A stretch of 64,000 nucleotides of DNA from Dictyostelium discoideum (lineage: Eukaryota). A program made the translations under genes and the position numbers. Location: positions 3,264,001-3,328,000 of the forward strand of contig CM000155.2 in the NCBI GenBank assembly GCA_000004695.1, read 5' to 3'. A model generated the notes under the pieces. It saw only the letters and a list, made by a program, of their open reading frames with translations. It was not told where the DNA came from and searched no databases. Below, one piece after another: positions 27,634 to 39,213 of this stretch. Numbering within the stretch: the stretch's first letter is position 1; every line of letters starts with the position of its first letter.

Positions 27634-27705
27634 CTCCCCATTCGGGAATCGAACCCGAGGTACCAGTGTGAAAGACTAGAGTGTTACCGACTACACCAAT
27701 GAGGA
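27634..27705 (-). tRNA. tRNA-Glu (anticodon UUC), 72 nt
   Basis: The minus strand reads TCCTCATTGGTGTAGTCGGTAACACTCTAGTCTTTCACACTGGTACCTCGGGTTCGATTCCCGAATGGGGAG. The acceptor stem is TCCTCAT/ATGGGGA with one G-U pair. The anticodon loop is CTTTCAC and the T-loop is GGTTCGATTCC. Confidence 0.85.
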
Positions 27706-28375
27706 TTTGGTTGAAACTTTGTTTTCAATAATTTAATAAATTGGTTTTTTCTGAGATCGAAAAAACAAAAAAGATGTTTTAATCAAAAGTAATAATACAA
27801 TTCAAAATTTGAAACAAAAAAAAAAGTAAACTAACCCCTCTTTTAGAGACCCTGTAAATAAACTACAAATAAACTGAGATCTAGCATCTCAAGGAGGAGC
27901 AACTAATAATTGCGTTATTTCAAAAATTAAAGGTTTAATTAGAATTTTAACACATTAATATAAAAATTCGAAATAGAGTATTTTTTTTTTTTTTGAACAA
28001 TTTCTTAAAGAAATTAATCAAATTTTAAAAACAATTTTTTTCGTTCCATCTATTTTTAAAACAATTCTTTTTTTTATCAGAATTTAAAAATTTACTTTTA
28101 ATTATTTTAGATTAATGAATTATTCATTGCCTATTTGAATTATTTGAAAAATAAGTTGTTTAAAATCAATGGGTCATTTTATTTTATTTTATTTTATTTT
28201 TTCTTTTGTATTCTTTTCTTTTCTTTAATTTTTTTTTTTTTTTTTTCTATCTTTAAAAATAGATATTATTTGGATTTTGGTTTTTTAAAAGATTGTTCGT
28301 TTTTCAATAAATGTAAAAATAATACTGTTTGGGAAATAATGGGACAGTTATTTCAATATAAGGGTTATATATAAT

Positions 28376-28426
<51 letters not shown>

Positions 28427-29161
28427 TAGCCATCTCAATATGGGATTTAATGTTTTTTTTTTTTAAAAAAATATAAAATTATAGTTTAATTTTAAAAAAA
28501 AAAAAAAAAAAACCCTAATATACGAAATGTATTAAAAAAAAAAAAAAGAGATTAAAAATCTAATTAGAATTTTTTAAAGAAAATTATAATATGGTTATTT
28601 TTTAATATTATTGGGTTAGTTCTAATGATTTTTTATAATAATCAATAAAAGAATATTTTTTTAATTCACAGATGTTTCGTTTATTTTTGGGTCATGATGT
28701 GGTTCGATTGGAGAATTGTTTATTTTTTTTTTTTTTATATTTTTTTTATTTTTTTAATTTTTTTTTTTTTTTTAACAAATAAAAGATTTTTATGTTGAAA
28801 AAGCCATTATAGTTTTTTGAATGACGAGAAGATATTTTTTGTTGAAAAAGAATTGATTTTTTTAAAAACCAATAGGGTAATGAGAAAAAAAAAAAAAAAA
28901 AAAAGATCAAAAACATTTCTAAATAATCGAGATTTTTAAAACTAATTAATATGAACACAATGAACATCTTAATCAAATAAAATTGATGATCATGATTCTA
29001 TTAATTTTATTTTATTTTAATTTTTGTTTTTTTTTTATAAAAAAAAAAAAAACGAATCAAAAAAAAAAAAAAATGATATAAGAAAAAAATAGTATAAATG
29101 TGTTAAAATAATTTTAATTTTTTTTTTTTTTTTTTTTAATCACAACTAAAATTTATAAAAA

Positions 29162-30683
29162 ATGAAAAATATAAATATTTTAATATTTATCTTTATTTAC
29201 TTAATCGGGTTTGTTTTATCAGGTAAAAATATCTTTTTTTTATTAAAAAAAAAAAATTTGGATTATGGACCAAATTTTTTATTTTCACATTCACCCCAAA
29301 ACGCCGTTTTTCAAAATTTTTTTGTTTTTTTTTTTAATTTGTTTTACTAATATTAAAAATAAATAAAATTATATATAAATAAATAGATGATGATGAATTA
29401 AAAATTATTAGAGTTGAAAGAATAGATGAAATTGAATATGGTTCAATAGATTGTTCAATTAGATTTAATGTATTAATTGATTATCCAAGACCATTAGTAT
29501 TTGTAAGTGGAATTGGTGGGGTTGTGAATGGTGATGCAAAAGTTAAAAATGGAACATTAACAATTTATCAAATTAGACATACAGTATTGGTTGGAAATAA
29601 TAGTGTATCATTTCAAGCACATGACTATACCAATTACCAATACCCATACCCAGTTTATATAAATAAAACAGATTATGCAATTGCACAATGTGATCAATTA
29701 CCAAGTAATGTCAAATTTGTATCAAAACAAAATAGATGGAATTCAATTAGTGGTTTTGGAACTCCATTCAATTGGTTTAAATTATTGAATCCAATTAATT
29801 TGGACATAGGAAAAGGTTTCTCAAATTATGAATTCGTTTGTCAAGTTCCTCAACCTTACGGCTGCTATTTTTATCCAGCTCAAAATGGTGGATACCAAAA
29901 AAGAAACTATTGGTTAATTGTATTTATTCAAGCTACAAATACATACATTCCATTTAATCCAACAACCAATGTTTTAATAAAGTCAAAACAAGGTACAATC
30001 GCTTTCAATAGTACATTTGATGGTTTAAAAGATCCAACTAATCCACCAATGCAATTATTAAATTTTGAATCTTTTCCACCAATAAACTCTGTTTTAAGTT
30101 TTGGTGAAATGACAAATCATGCAACTTTTCAAACTCAAATTATAAATAATAAAAATACACTCACTAGTATTTCAAAAGAAGATGATGAAATGATTCAAAG
30201 TCAATTAATTCCATTACTTGGTTCAACTTCAAATGCAACTTTTATTGGTATTTCTGAATTTAGTACTGCTACTCAAAATAATAAAATGCATCTTCAAATT
30301 GTTGATAATCAAGGTGCTAAAAGAATTGGTGGTGATATTTCAATTAGTACAAAATGTAAATAATAATTTTTATTTTATTTTATTTTACTTTATTTTTTTT
30401 TTTTTATTTACTAATTTTTTAATTATTTTAAATAATAATAGTAAAAGATTCAAGTGCTTCTTTTGATAGTGATATAAAAACTTCAATTATTAATGAAACC
30501 AATTTTGGATCAAGATATATTTACCATACAAATGTTAAATTTGATACTTCATATGATCCAACTATGACTGTTTCTTTCGATGACCAATTTTCTTATGAAG
30601 TTATTCCACCATCTTTCCCATATGGTTAGTATCTTTGATTAATTGATTTAATTTATATATAATTATGTATTGTTCTTTATTTT

Positions 30684-30718
<35 letters not shown>

Positions 30719-30882
30719 ATTAATTTTTAGGTATTTCAAATGGTACATTACGTAATCATTCAATTTCAATTTCATCTGCTACTGGTAGCTTCTATAGTGG
30801 TAATTTAAATTGTTACCGTAATGGTGATCATTCAAAGTCTGAAAAGATTGCAAATATTATTTCAAGTAATACTGGTAAATAT

Positions 30883-30925
<43 letters not shown>

Positions 30926-33313
30926 CTTTTTTTATATACAAAAACTAAAATTTCTTTTTAAAAATGATGAATTTAATTTTAATTTATTAAAAATTTTATT
31001 TATTTATTTTTAAAATAGATTTAAATCCAGCTGTTATTAGTGAAGTTGAGTTATTTAATTTATCATTTGATAAAGTACTTATTAGAATAAAAGCAAATGA
31101 TGATATTTCTGGTATTAAATATTTAGATGTTTTTAGATTTAAAATTCAAAGTTCAGATTTAGTTTGGGGTAACCCAATGAATGGTGTTTATGAAGCAATT
31201 GCATCAGTAATTGAATATTCAACTATGAAAACTATACCAGTTATTTCTTTTGATTATAAAGGAAATAATCAAGGTATTGATCAAGATAATCCAATTATTG
31301 ATACAAATTTTAATAAGGTTCCAAATTTCCCAACTTTAAGTAAGTATTATTTTTTTTTTTAAAAAAAAAAAAAATTTTATTAACAATTAATTAAACTAAC
31401 TAATTCTTTTCTTTTCTTTTCTTTTTTTTTTTTCAATATAGATTATATTAAAGATAAAAAATTAGATCCATTTAATTTTACATCATTTTCATTTAAATAT
31501 AATGATATTGATGTTTCAAATCAAGCATTTAATAATACATTATGTTTTGGTTTATCAGGTGCTGATAAAGGAATGGTTCCACAATTTTTCCTTTTATATT
31601 CACCAACAAATATGAAAGCATATGAAACTGATAAACCATTTATTGGTGCATGGGATCCATTAAAAAATCAATTCTGTATTGATTTCATAATTCCTGCTAG
31701 AATTTTCTCTGGTGAAATTAATTATATTATTTTCTTTTCTCCATTTATTTATGATCGTGGTTATATTATAAATTCAGTTGGTTCTACTGCTCAATTAAGA
31801 GTTTTATCAAATTGTATGTCATTATTTAAATTATTATTATTATTATTATCATTATTATTATTATTATTTTAAATTTTCTAAAATATTAATAAATTATTTT
31901 TTTTTCATTTTATTTTTTTTATTTGTATTTATTTTTTAAATATTTATAGATGCTGATCAATTACCACCAATTATTACAGAATTTAATGCATACCCATCAA
32001 CAAATGTTAATGTAAATAGTGAAAAAATAATTGGATGGGATTTAAGAATTGAAGATTTAACAAATGGTTTATTATCAGCAGAATTTAATATTACAAGTGA
32101 ATATGATTTAAATCCAATTACAATTAAATTAACACCAAACAATGCTGTATCTGGTAATGATAAATCTGGTGTTTATCAATTAAGATTCCCAGTTTCACCA
32201 AATTGTAGATCACAATCTTATAGAATTTCATCAGCAAAATTAACTGATGCTCAAGGTCATTTTGGTGTTACTCCATCAACATATAATTTTAATCCATTCA
32301 TTAAATTCCTTTCATCAAATCAACTCAGAATTAATACTACATGTCCAATTGGTAATAATGATAATGAATCACCAATTTTAAATAGTTTTAAATCTAGTTT
32401 AGTTTCTATTGATGTTGGTGGATTCAAAGAGAATAGAACGGTTGTATTTGAATTTACAACCTCTGATTCTGGTTCTGGAATTTCAACAAGACATAATCCA
32501 TTGGTTTATTTATCAAAACCAACAAGTAGTAAAATTTCATGTCAATCTAAACTATTATCATACACAAATGGACAAGCAAATTATAGTTGCTCCATTGAAT
32601 TACCATATGGTTTTGGTGCACATGATGCTTTATTAATATCAATTTATGGTATTGTTGATAATCAATCAAATATGAATGGTTATTCAAGTTTTGATCTTAA
32701 ATCACTTGGTTTCCAATATTCTTTATTAAGCCAATTTTCAGATATTCCAGTTTTAGAATCAACCTCTTCAATTACAAATCAAGCTTCAACTCTTACCATT
32801 TATGGTCACAAATTTGGAATTGATTCAAGTAAAGTTACACTTCAAGTTAATTATAATAATGGTCAAGGTTGGAAAAATACATCAGTTTCATTCTATGCTG
32901 GTATAGTTTTAATCACCGATAGTATCACTCCAACTTCTACACCATTTTATGTTCGTGTAATTGTTAATAATATTATTTCAAATCAAATAATAGTAACACC
33001 AACTTTAATTCCAACTCAATGTAATTATCAAGTTGATCAAACTATTATTTCAAAATGGATAAATAGCGAAGTTTATCATTATCTTCAAGCTTCAATTACT
33101 ATTAAAAATAATGGTATCAAACCAATCAAAGCATTTAGTTTCATGATGTCAAATATTGATCAAATTTGGGGTGTAACAATCTCATCTGGTCCAACTTATT
33201 CTTTACCAAGTTGGAATCCAACTATTAATCCTGGTAATGAATATACTTTTGGTTACATCCTTAAAGGTACTGATGTAGGTCAATTAGTTAATGTTATGGT
33301 TGATTGTTCATAA
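29162..33313 (+). CDS. Large secreted protein (about 1133 aa) in 7 exons join(29162..29222,29387..30355,30442..30624,30731..30874,31031..31339,31442..31813,31950..33313); signal peptide in exon 1; C-terminal region resembles Dictyostelium-type carbohydrate/cellulose-binding modules
   Basis: Exon 1 is MKNINILIFIFIYLIGFVLSG with donor GTAAAA. All six introns are phase 1. Their donors are GTAAAA, GTAAAT, GTTAGT, GTAAAT, GTAAGT and GTATGT, and each has an AG acceptor (exon-5 acceptor placement at 31029-31030 chosen because only it fits the frame). Total exon length is 3402 nt and stays in frame. The C-terminus (IWGVTISSGPTYSLPSWNPTINPGNEYTFGYILKGTDVG...VDCS) looks like a CBM-type module. Its functional identity is uncertain. 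Confidence 0.55.
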
Positions 33314-33589
33314 ATAATAAAAAATATAAAGTTTTATAATAAAATATATGTTTTGTGTTAATTATATTTTAAACTCATTGTTTTATTTTTTTTTTTTATT
33401 TTTTTGATAATTTGGTAAAATAAAAAAATAATGTTATATTTTGGAATTAATTATCTAACACATTTGTTTTGTGTACTTTCATAATATTAATAATGGTAGT
33501 AGAAGTTAGAATAATAATGATTAACAATTAAACAGTAATATTTGAAAATTATTTATATTTTAATTAAATCACATAATAACATTACACAA

Positions 33590-35795
33590 TATTTTTTTTT
33601 TTTTTTTTTTTTTAATATTGGATTAACAAGATTGATATATGTCCATCTGTGTTAATACGAGTTTTATTTAATATTTATTTAAAGGCTTATCATTTAAGCT
33701 GAAGGGTTATTTTAATCATATGAATTGATCAAAAGATATAATATTTGGGAGAGATGATTCTGGAATACAATAGTAATTAGCTGTAGTTTTTCTTAGCTTG
33801 ATCGTTGAAGTGAGAAGGATCTTAGGATCTTTGAAGTTATTATGGTCTTTTGCTGATAAGTTTTTCAGATCTTTTGCTTTTTTGATGTATTCTAGAGTGG
33901 CCAATTTGTGCCATTTCTTTAGAAGGGAGCTGTATGATAGTGATTCATCTGTTAAAGGATCTTCACTGTATATTTGATTGCAAATCCAAATCCAAATGTT
34001 GTGGAGGATAAGGGCCATTAGGTTTCTATATGCGAATGATCTGGTTAGATCATAGTCTATTGCTTTATAGTTCCATTCAAAGTATTCTTTGTGGAATCTG
34101 TGGTTGGCGTAATCTGCATTCACTTCTTGATCTTTTTTGGCTGTCGGTGATAATTTTGGAGTTATTCTATTAATGAAATTGTTATTTTGCCTAATTCTTG
34201 TATGGTGCCAGTTTTTACCTTTGCCTGTGGTAATATAGATGAAATTTTTGAGTTTATTTATTTTTATGAATTGTTTTGTTTTCTTGCATGAGAAGAACAG
34301 GTGACCGTATGGGTCTTTGCTCATATCTTCTTTGCAGAGTGGGCATTGTTTGTTGTGAAGGTAGTTTATTGGAAGGCATCTGGCATGGAATCTAAACATT
34401 GTATCTCTTGTTTTAGGGTCTTTTATCTTCAGTATGTTGTTGAAGAGTTGATTATAGCTGTAGCCTCTTAAGTTTAGAGATGATTGGAATTCCGTTTTAG
34501 GGATGGTTGGATTTTGGTCTTGAATTGTGGTATACCATTCTGCCAGTGAAAGTGGTTGTCCATTTTCGTTTTTTATGGATGTGAGATTATTGTTGAAGAT
34601 TGCTTTTTTTATTCTTATTTTGTTCCATTCGTCTAAGTTTTCTTTTAGGTATCTGGATGTGAATTTGTTTTTTTGGATCTGATATTCCCAGCTTTTGTGA
34701 TGAGATGAGTTTGTTTGTTTGGTTTCTAGTGCTAGGATGAACTGGTTTATGATCCAAAGTTTCTGCGCCAGTTGTCTCAATTCTATATTCCAAATGTTCC
34801 AGCCCCCTACTTTTAGTGGGTATCTTGCTCTTTTGGTTCTCATTAAATTAATAACTTGAAATCCACTAGCATTTTTGTTGTTTGGTGCCGATAAAAACCA
34901 TTCGACTAGTTTATTGATTTGGTTTAATTCCTCTTCCTTAAAGTTCTCTACATATGAATAGTAGGTTAATTTAGAGAGTGCGAATGCTTTGAGGATGTTG
35001 GTTTTGGTTTTGATTGTTGAGTCAGTGGTTTTCCATAGTACTAAGGATGATCTTATTGTGTTTAATATTTCTGGCATTTTTCTTGTTATCCCTTTGCCTG
35101 TGAAGAAGTATCCCAAGTATCTTTCTGGATTTGTAGATATTGGAATTCTTTGGTTGGTATTGTCTGGGTTGCCTATAAGAATTGATGAAGATTTGTCGAT
35201 GTTTAGTTTTGAGGAAGTGGCTTTGCAAAATGAATTGAAGTGTTGTAGTACTAATTCAAGTTGTTGAGAGTCTGGGACCATTGAAGCCGAGTCGTCTGCA
35301 AAGCTTTGGAATTTCTCTCTGTGGTTGCTGTTGTTTAGAGGAAGGCCAGTAATTCGATCATCTTGTAAAATTTTTCTAGCTAAAGCCTCTATTACAAGGA
35401 CGAACAGGGTGGGTGATAGTGGATCTCCTTGTTTAACTCCTCTTTTGATCTCAAAGGGTATAGTAGTTCTACCATTAATTTCAATTCTTGCTTCAGATTT
35501 GGTGAGTAGATTCATTATCAGGTTGATTATATTGGTTGGAATGTTGATGTGTTGTAGTGATCTAAGTATTGAACCGTGTGAGATCGAGTCAAAAGCTTTT
35601 TCGAAATCATATAGTGTAATTATTCCGTTAATTCTTTTATCATTACAATAGTTGATTAATTCGTTCATTGATATGATATTATCTAGAATGAATCTGCCTG
35701 GTACGAAACCTTTTTGATTGTGGTTGATCACTTTCGTTAGTATTGGGATTATTCTATTGTTTATTAGCTTTGAGTGGATTTTATAATATTTTTTA
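33590..35795 (-). mobile_element. 5'-truncated non-LTR (LINE-like, TRE3-type) retrotransposon copy: RT-domain ORF 33716..35731 plus 3' UTR and (A)23 tail; it sits ~65-70 bp downstream of tRNA-Ile in the same orientation
   Basis: RT motifs are present: QKGFVPGRFILDN, FDSISHGSIL, GVKQGDPLSPTLF, FADD. The T23 run at 33590-33612 is a poly(A) tail on the minus strand. The placement after a tRNA ex-B box fits TRE3 target preference. The family call is an inference. Confidence 0.65.
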
Positions 35796-35813
35796 AACCA
35801 ACTAAAAAGAGTT

Positions 35814-35826
35814 GAATTTGGAATCG
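35814..35826 (-). promoter_or_regulatory. Ex-B box (GGGTTCGATTCC) downstream of the minus-strand tRNA-Ile
   Basis: The minus strand reads AAGGGTTCGATTCC about 33 bp 3' of the tRNA end. Confidence 0.5.
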
Positions 35827-35858
35827 AACCCTTGGCTTTTGTTTAGCCAAGGAAAAGT

Positions 35859-35949
35859 TGCTCCATGCGAGGATCGAACTCGCGACCAAAGCATTGCTTT
35901 ATCATACTGATATATAAGTACTTCACTCTACCGACTGAGTTAATAGAGC
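35859..35949 (-). tRNA. tRNA-Ile (anticodon UAU) with an 18-nt intron, 91 nt
   Basis: The minus strand is identical to the plus-strand copy at 48699-48789. It reads GCTCTATTAACTCAGTCGGTAGAGTGAAGTACTTATA[TATCAGTATGATAAAGCA]ATGCTTTGGTCGCGAGTTCGATCCTCGCATGGAGCA. The acceptor stem is GCTCTAT/ATGGAGC. The anticodon stem is AAGTA/TGCTT and the loop CTTATAA gives anticodon TAT. The intron lies 3' of position 37. Confidence 0.65.
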
Positions 35950-36202
35950 ACACAATGATTTTTATTTTTAAATATTTAAAAAAATATATTGAATGGATTT
36001 TAAAATTTAATTTTAATTTTTACCAAATTTTAAAATGAAAATCTTATATAATCATTTAAATTTTCTGATAAAATGGAAATAAGGGTCCACAAGAATTTTG
36101 TTTTAGGATTAAGTACAAAAAATTTCATATTTTCTTAAAATTTTCATTTTTTTTTTTTTTTTTTTTTTTTATTCTTTACATTTTATCTGTGAATAATAAA
36201 AA

Positions 36203-36688
36203 ATGAAAAATGAAATAAAAAAAAGGGTTGAAGTGTCAGTGGGGATAATTGAAAATGATAAAAATGAAATTTTAATATGTAAAAGAAATAAAAAAGGTGA
36301 TCACCTTTATGGATTATTTGAATTTCCAGGTGGTAAAATTGAAAAGGATGAAACACCTATTGATTGTTTAATTCGTGAATTATATGAAGAAGTTGATATT
36401 ATTTTATCAACCTCAACAACCTCAACAGCAACAGCAACAACAACTCCTTCACCTTCAAATTTATCAAACCATAATTCAATGATTAAATTAATTGAAATTG
36501 TTGAATTTGAATTTAAAGAGATAATTTGTAATATTCATTTCTTTAAAGTTAATTTACAACAAAATATCAAACCGAAACCAAAAGAAAACCAGCCAATGTT
36601 TTGGATAAAAAAAACTGAATTAAATTATTTACAATTTCCAGAACCAAATAAAGATATAATTCAATTATTAAATCAAAATAAAATTTAA
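36203..36688 (+). CDS. Nudix hydrolase (MutT-like), 161 aa
   Basis: ATG at 36203. The Nudix box GGKIEKDETPIDCLIRELYEEVDI fits Gx5Ex7REUxEExGU. Confidence 0.75.
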   Translation: MKNEIKKRVEVSVGIIENDKNEILICKRNKKGDHLYGLFEFPGGKIEKDETPIDCLIRELYEEVDIILSTSTTSTATATTTPSPSNLSNHNSMIKLIEIVEFEFKEIICNIHFFKVNLQQNIKPKPKENQPMFWIKKTELNYLQFPEPNKDIIQLLNQNKI

Positions 36689-36771
36689 AACATTTATTTA
36701 CTTTTTTTTATTTATTATTCATTTATTTGTATTTATTTGTGTTTTTTATTTTTTTTTTTTTTATTTTTTAT

Positions 36772-38439
36772 TTATTCTTCACCTGGTGGTAATTTTTTAC
36801 TATGCCAAAAGAAATCTAAATCTGCAAATAAAACTTCAATTTCTTGATTTTGAGTTAATTTAATAGTTTTATCTTTCATTTTGAAATCAATGATTGGTTC
36901 TTTTGACCAAAGATCGTTAGCTGAATAAATTTCACCTTTATGATTTAAAGCGTTTGAAAAGATTTCAACCAACTCGACATAAGTAGTTGAATAAGGTATT
37001 GCAACCGATGTGAACCAAAAAGTATTTCTTTCTCTAATAAATACAACGATACCATCATTTGGAGTGAATGATTTTGGTACTAATTGCATTGAGGTATTTT
37101 TATTAACAACCATACCAACCTCTTTTCTTTGAAGATCGGCAACCTTGATACAAGTTCTACAATCACCATTTGCCTTGAGTTGGTCCATAACCACCATCCA
37201 ATCTTTTGTAGGGCCTGTTTTTTTCCATTGTAAACATTTTTCATACTCTTCATCATTTTCATCCAAGAATTTCAAATGGGCAGCTAAATCCTCTGGTGAT
37301 TCAAAATCATTGACAAAGATACCGGCATTTGGGGATGGGAAGAATTTCTTACCATTTGGGGCACCATGATAGATGGGCACGGAACCAATGGTGAAAACAC
37401 CAAATAATTTCTCTGTGACATAATCATCGGTTTCACTATTCTCAAATGACATTACAAATTTGTAAGAACTTGAAATCTCCATTTTTGCACCATTATAATC
37501 TTGAGCTTTGGTTTTTCTTTGTTCTTTATTATGGTTACAATGACCATAGGAATCCACTTTAATACCTGCAGCAATCAATTTATTCATATAGTCCAATCTA
37601 AATTGTGGGCCACAATTAGAGATGAAAGCAGCAACCAAACCTTGATCTTTATTATGAATTTTCTTTATTGGTTTCTTAAAATAAGGATACTCATTCCAAC
37701 TATAATAACCAAGTGGTACATCTGATTTTGTATCGGTAGTTGCAACTATATCATACTTTCTTCCATATGGTCTAACATTCTCCAAAGTTTCATACATTGA
37801 TTTCTCACAAGTCGAATGCGAGTAGATTGAAGAATCGATATAAGCACCGCCTTGATGAACTGACGAGCATGGTAAGTGACATTCCACATTCTCTTGGAAA
37901 TCTGTCAACTGTCTAACGACACGGACTGGTTGCTCGTCATAATCACGTTGATTTGAGTAATGACATTTCTCTTTTTTTTCACTTGATATCTTTTTCATAT
38001 AGGTAAACCAATTCTCTTTGGTTTTTTCAATTGATAATTGATTATTTTGTTTTGATGCTCTTACTAAACATTCAATTAAAAGTTTATCATCTGTTTTCTT
38101 TAATGTAGTTTGAATTGGTATATCATCCTCATTTCCGAATAATAAATTATTATTATTACTATCGGGTAACCCAACTTGAATATTATTTGCATCAAAGACG
38201 TTTTCACCATTTTGTTGTCTTTCTCTCTTTTGTTTTCTTAAAATTTCTGCATCTAATTTTTCATTTTCAACATTTTTCATATCGTCAATATCCATCTCTT
38301 CATTTTTATTACCAACTCCATTCTTTTGATTATTTATTGATGTTTGTGCTGTATTTATATTTAATATTGAACTATAACTTATCATTACAACTAATGTCAT
38401 AACAATTACTATTATTAAAACTCTATGTTTTTTTAACAT
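36772..38439 (-). CDS. Alpha-1,3-fucosyltransferase (glycosyltransferase family 10), type II membrane protein, 555 aa
   Basis: ATG at 38439 with N-terminal TM anchor LIIVIVMTLVVMISY. GT10 motifs are present: KFVMSFENSETDDYVTEKLF (cf. FYLAFENS...DYITEK) and SVPIYHG. Confidence 0.75.
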   Translation of the reverse strand: MLKKHRVLIIVIVMTLVVMISYSSILNINTAQTSINNQKNGVGNKNEEMDIDDMKNVENEKLDAEILRKQKRERQQNGENVFDANNIQVGLPDSNNNNLLFGNEDDIPIQTTLKKTDDKLLIECLVRASKQNNQLSIEKTKENWFTYMKKISSEKKEKCHYSNQRDYDEQPVRVVRQLTDFQENVECHLPCSSVHQGGAYIDSSIYSHSTCEKSMYETLENVRPYGRKYDIVATTDTKSDVPLGYYSWNEYPYFKKPIKKIHNKDQGLVAAFISNCGPQFRLDYMNKLIAAGIKVDSYGHCNHNKEQRKTKAQDYNGAKMEISSSYKFVMSFENSETDDYVTEKLFGVFTIGSVPIYHGAPNGKKFFPSPNAGIFVNDFESPEDLAAHLKFLDENDEEYEKCLQWKKTGPTKDWMVVMDQLKANGDCRTCIKVADLQRKEVGMVVNKNTSMQLVPKSFTPNDGIVVFIRERNTFWFTSVAIPYSTTYVELVEIFSNALNHKGEIYSANDLWSKEPIIDFKMKDKTIKLTQNQEIEVLFADLDFFWHSKKLPPGEE

Positions 38440-38572
38440 TCTACTATTACAAAATTTATATTAAACACACACAATTGAATGTGTGGTAAAATATATTAAA
38501 AAAAAAAAAAATTTTTTTTTTTTTCTTTTTTGTTAATCTTTTATTATTATACAAAAGTTATTAATAAATGAA

Positions 38573-38623
<51 letters not shown>

Positions 38624-39028
38624 AAAAAAACTAAAATTTTTTTCCGAACCAAATAAAAAATTAAAATGGAATAAAAAAAAATAAAAAAAATTAAAATTTT
38701 TTTGTTTTAAAAAAAAAAAAAAGGAAAAAAAAAAAAAAAAAAAAAACTGATTGGCGTTAACGCTATTTTTTTTATAAAAAATTGATTTAAAAAAAAAAAA
38801 AAAAAAAAATGAGTATGAATTTGATGACTTTTTTTATCTTTTTATGCCAACAAGATATTTGACTTTTTTTATCTTTTTTTAAAAAAAAAAAAAATTAAAA
38901 TAAATAAATAAAAAAAAGAAACTTAATGGTTATAATAAAAAAATAAATAAGTAATAAAAATAATTTTTTTTTTTTTTTTTTTTTTTTGTTATTTGATTTT
39001 ACATTTCTAATTTTATTTTTTAATTTAT

Positions 39029-39168
39029 TTATTCATTATTTGTATTACCTTCTTGAGTTGCGATAGTTGAAGTTGTTGTTGTAGTTGTAGTAGTATTTGA
39101 ATCACTAACATTCATATTTTCATCAGTATTATTATTATTATTATTATTTAAATTATTATCATTATTAC

Positions 39169-39213
<45 letters not shown>

